A stretch of 64,000 nucleotides of DNA, taken from positions 548,860 to 612,859 of the forward strand of contig CAVQFC010000003.1 in NCBI GenBank assembly GCA_963711765.1. Reading direction: 5' to 3'. Position 1 is the stretch's first letter. Every line of letters begins with the position of its first letter. Position numbers and translations under genes: made by a program. Under the pieces are notes generated by a model. That model did not search any database, was not told where the DNA came from, and was given only the letters and a program-made list of their open reading frames with translations. Below are positions 63,538-64,000 of this stretch, in pieces. This stretch comes from an uncultured Acidobacteriota bacterium. GTDB lineage: Bacteria; Acidobacteriota; Vicinamibacteria; Vicinamibacterales; CAVVIG01.

Positions 63538-63821
63538 CCCGAGTCGCCCGTCAGGCGTCGCGGGTCGCGGCCGCGGTCCCTCGGACCTCGCGCTGACGAA
63601 CGGCAGACGGCAAACGCGTCCGCCAACGAACTGGCGCACGCCGCTGGCGATTCGCCACTGACGACCTAGTCAGCCGAACGCTGACCTGATTGTTGGCTGT
63701 AGCTCGAACTATCCCAAGCGGCGTGCTCATCGTCAGCACAGGCGTTGGCGAACGCGGTTGCAGCGCGAGCCGTCCGCGGGACTGCGGCGGCGACCCGCGA
63801 CGGCTGACCCGTTGTCCGGAT

Positions 63822-64000
63822 TTAGGCCGCCACGGGCCGACGTGCCCGCTGCGCGTCGGTGACGTGACTGCGGTGGAGAATCTGGTGCAGCGCCAGCGTC
63901 ATGAAACTCCGCCCATAGGTAGCAAACTCCCGCTCGCGGCCCTTCGGTGGCGCCTGGACCGGCTTGTCCAACTCGTCCCCGCTCAGCGACCGCAACAACG
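63822..64000 (-). CDS. DinB-like protein, C-terminal part (5' end outside the window)
   Basis: LLRSLSGDELDKP...FATYG......LHQILHRSHV; HxxxH motif. Confidence 0.55.
   Translation of the reverse strand, partial: LLRSLSGDELDKPVQAPPKGREREFATYGRSFMTLALHQILHRSHVTDAQRARRPVAA

Noticed and set aside
1-64000. Selenoprotein gene matching the tRNA-Sec
   Set aside because: I saw no in-frame TGA at a Cys-equivalent position in the redox genes here (DCC1-like, ErpA, FdhE, rSAM).

Overview
High-GC bacterial chromosomal window. An ADOP-type ABC permease, a DUF4159 protein and GTAG-type palindromic repeats suggest Acidobacteriota (Vicinamibacteria-like); this is an inference. In order it contains: a DUF3347-like lipoprotein, Mrp/ApbC, several small Zn-ribbon genes, addAB-like recombination genes, an S9 peptidase, asparaginase, truncated hemoglobin and tRNA-Ala(GGC). 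Next is a ~19.2 kb gene for a ~6,400-aa secreted DUF11-repeat protein with a 2,574-bp internal super-repeat and C-terminal FG-GAP-like repeats, followed by an ADOP permease. Then come a BNR-repeat lipoprotein / 130-aa small protein / radical SAM cassette, a homogentisate cluster (hppD-ferredoxin-hmgA-fahA), a LigD-Pol/LigC pair, two cold-shock genes, tRNA-Sec, a Fur-rubrerythrin fusion, erpA and fdhE. The best candidate for an undescribed system is the small protein plus radical SAM pair at 39144-40584. Many genes carry isolated single-base insertions that are most likely long-read consensus errors. Family assignments come from motif recognition only; no database searches were run.
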